Positions 60,866-64,000 of a stretch of 64,000 nt of DNA are shown one piece after another (position 1 is the first letter of the stretch; the number at the start of each line of letters is the position of its first letter). Both the position numbers and the translations under genes were made by a program. A model generated the notes under the pieces. It was not told the origin of the DNA. It ran no database searches and worked only from the letters and a program-made list of their open reading frames with translations. The stretch is from Mobula hypostoma (Eukaryota): assembly GCF_963921235.1 (NCBI RefSeq), contig NW_026948140.1, forward strand, positions 310,001 through 374,000. Reading direction: 5' to 3'.

Positions 60866-63761
60866 AGACAATAGACAATAGACAATAGGTGCAGAAGCAG
60901 ACCATTCGGCCCCTCGAGCCTGAACCGCCATTCTGAGATCATGGCTGATCATCTACTATCAATACCCGGTTCCTGCCTTGTCCCCATAACCCTTGATTCC
61001 CCTATCCATAAGATACCTATCTAGCTCCCTCTTGAAAGCATCCAGAGAACTGGCCTCCACTGCCTTCTGAGGCAGCACGTTCCACAACTCCACAACTCTC
61101 TGGGAAAAGAAGTTCCTCCTCAACTCTGTCCTGAATGACCTACCCCTTATTCTTAAACCATGCCCTCTGGTACAGGACTCTCCCAGCATCTGGAACATAT
61201 TTCCTGCCTCTATCTTGTCCAATCCCTTAATAATCTTATATGTCTCAATCAGATCCCCCCTCAATCTCCTTAATTCCAGCGTGTACAAGCCCAGTCTTTC
61301 TAACCTCTCTGCGTAAGACAGTTCGGACATCCCAGGAATTAACCTAGTGAAGCCATGCTGCACCTCCTCCACAGCCAGGATGTCCTTCCTTAACCCTGGA
61401 GACCAAAACTGCACACAATACTCCAGGTGTGGTCTCACCAGGGCCCTGCACAAATGCAAAAGGATTTCCTTGCTCTTGTACTCAATTCCCTTTGTAATAA
61501 AGGCCAACATTCCATTAGCCTTCTTCACTGCCTGCTGCACTTGCTCATTCACCTTCAGAGACTGATGAATAAGTACTCCTAGATCTCTTTGTATTTCTCC
61601 CTTACCTAACTCCATACCGTTCAGAGAATAACCTGCCTTCCTGTTCTTGCTCCCAAAGTGAATAACCTCACACTTATTCACATTAAACGCCATCTGCCAA
61701 GTTTCTGCCCACTCACCCAGCCTATCCAAGTCACCTTGAATTCTCCTAACATCCTCATCACATGTCACACTGCCACCCAGCTTAGTATCATCAGCAAACT
61801 TGCTGATGTTATTCACAATGCCTTCCTCTAAATCATTGACGTAAATCGTAAACAGCTGTGGTCCCAATACCAAGCCCTGTGGCACCCCACTAGTCACCAC
61901 CTGCCATTCTGAGAAACACCCATTCACTGCTACCCTTTGCTTTCTATCTGCCAACCAGTTTTCTATCCATGTCAATATCCTCTCCCCAATACCATGAGCT
62001 CTGATTTTACCCAACAATCTCCTATGTGGTACCTTATCGAATGCCTTCTGAAAGTCAAGGTACACCACATCCACTGGATCTCCCGCGTCTATTTTCCTGG
62101 TTACATCCTCGAAAAACTCCAATAGATTAGTCAAGCATGATTTGCCCTTGGTAAATCCATGCTGGCTCGGCCCAATCCTATCACTGCTATCAAGATATGC
62201 CACTATTTCATCTTTAATAATGGACTCTAACATCTTCCCCACTACTGATGTTAGGCTAACAGGGCGATAGTTCTCTGTTTTCTCCCTCCCTCCTTTCTTA
62301 AAAAGTGGGATAACATTAGCCATTCGCCAATCTTCAGGAACTGATTCTGAATCTAAGGAACATTAGAAAATGAATACCAATGCATCCGCAATTTCCAGAG
62401 CCACCTCCTTTTGTACCCTAGGATGCAGACCATCTGGACCTGGGGATTTGTTAGCCTTCAGTCCCATCAGTCTACTCATCACCGTTTCCTTCCTAATGTC
62501 AATCTGTTTCAGTTCCTCTGTTACCCTATGTCCTTGGCCCATCCATACATCTGGGAGATTGCTTGTGTCTTCCCTAGTGAAGACAGATCCAAAGTACTTA
62601 CTAAATTCGTCTGCCATTTCTCCGTTTCCCATAACAATTTCTCCCAATTCATTCTTCAAGGGCCCAACATTGTTCTTAACTATCTTCCTTCTCTTCACAT
62701 ACCTAAAAAAAACTTTTGCTATCCTCCTTTATATTCCTAGCTAGCTTGCGTTCATACCTCATTTTTTCTCCCCGTATTGCCTTTTTAGTTAAGTTCTGTT
62801 GCTCCTTAAAAATTTCCCAATCATCCGTCTTCCCACTCACCTTAGCTCTGTTATACTTCTTCTTTTTTAGTGCTATGCTATCTCTGACTTCCTTTGTCAA
62901 CCACTGTGGCCACTTTCCCCCCTTTGAATCCTTCCTTCTCCGGGGGATGAACTGATTTGGCACCTTGTGCATTATTCCCAAGAATACCTGCCATTGCTGT
63001 TCCACTGTCTTTTCTGCTAGGATATCCGACCAGTCAACTTTGGCCAGCTCCTCCCTCATTGCTCCATAGACTCCTTCGTTCAACTGCAATACTGACACTT
63101 CTGATCTGCCCTTATCCCTCTCAACTTGCAGATAAAAACTTATCATATTATGGTCACTACCTCCTAATGGCTCCTTTATTTCAAGATCACTTATCAAATC
63201 CTGTTCATTGCACAACACTAAATCCAGAATAGCCTTATCCCTGGTCGGCTCTCGTACAAGCTGCTCCAAAAATGCATCCCGTAGGCACTCTACAAACTCC
63301 CTATCCTGGGGTCCAGTACCAACCTGATTTTCCCAGTTCACCTGCATGTTGAAATCCCCCATAACTACTGCGACATTTCCTTTGCCACATGCCATTGTTA
63401 ACTCCCTATTCAACCTGCACCCAATATCCATGCTACTGTTTGGGGGCCTGTAGATAACACCTATTAGGGTCTTTTTGCCCTTACTGTTCCTCAGTTCTAT
63501 CCACACTGATTCTACTTCTCCTAATTCTATGTCCCCCCTTGCAAGGGACTGAATCTCATTCCTCACCAACAGGGCCACCCCACCCCCTCTGCCCACCTTT
63601 CCGTCCCTTCGATAGCACGTATACCCTTGTACATTCAATTCCCAGGTCTGATCCCCCTGCAGCCATGTCTCCATTATCCCAACAACATCATAGTTACCCA
63701 TTCGCGCCTGAGCTTTAAGCTCATCCGCCTTATTTCTGACACTTTGTGCATTCAGATACTT
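60866..63761 (-). mobile_element. CR1 subfamily D ORF2 + 3' UTR, inserted in the Gypsy 3' LTR
   Basis: YLNAQS...SDHN endonuclease; RT ORF 60959-62323; (ATAGACA)n tail; TSD CGTGAAT (60859-60865 / 63762-63768). Confidence 0.93.
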
Positions 63762-64000
63762 CGTGAATGGAGAGAGTTGGTAGACCGCCGGACGGGGTGG
63801 ACTTGGAGCGTGGGTCCGAAGGGCAGCGACGATCGGAGGAGGTCGATGGTGGATGATCGGCTTATCAGTGAGCTCCAACATTGCGCATGGACTGTTTCAT
63901 AAGATTGGGCCCTTTTTTTCCTTTTTTCATTTCTTTACTAACCATATAGTCAAAGTAAGAATTATAAAGCTTAATCATTTAATCGCATATTGTGTACTAT

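Larger units (their letters stand above)
55087..64000 (+). mobile_element. Deleted Gypsy LTR retrotransposon (RH-INT order): partial LTR 55087-~55198, internal 55199-55327 and 58118-60697, 3' LTR 60698-60865 and 63762-end
   Basis: LRSF..FCGYYRRFVKG; RH DAS...SEKNYPTHKLEFL (58248-58628); INT VDFLSIEPD...TDHYTRYAQAF; MFGREARLPID; PPT ggtggggggaaag before the LTR; LTR start shared between ~55087 and ~60700-60815. Confidence 0.85.

Noticed and set aside
62703..63881. 392-aa ORF with a proline-rich leader
   Set aside because: The leader is antisense Gypsy LTR read through the CR1 5' junction at 63761.

Overview
This is eukaryotic, vertebrate DNA made almost entirely of nested retrotransposons. 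The CR1/Rex1/Penelope/Gypsy/BEL mix suggests a cartilaginous fish (inference only). No intact host gene is evident; the one host-derived sequence is a 5'-truncated, intronless SUDS3 retrocopy (107-778). The remainder comprises CR1 LINEs of at least four subfamilies, two Rex1/Babar-like LINE families, an RTE 3' fragment, a Penelope-like element (RT + GIY-YIG) with a minimal hammerhead ribozyme, a full-length Gmr1-type Gypsy (PR-INT-RT-RH order), a deleted conventional Gypsy, two solo LTRs and a decayed BEL/Pao relic. Four observations stand out. (1) A 168-bp TSD-flanked Penelope-derived hairpin insertion folds back at the predicted hammerhead cleavage site. (2) The hammerhead motif itself is present. 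(3) Telomeric repeats replace the end of a Gypsy 3' LTR. (4) Several CR1 5' truncations cluster at the ORF2 start. Family names come from motif recognition by eye, not database searches, and subfamily letters (A-D) are my own labels.
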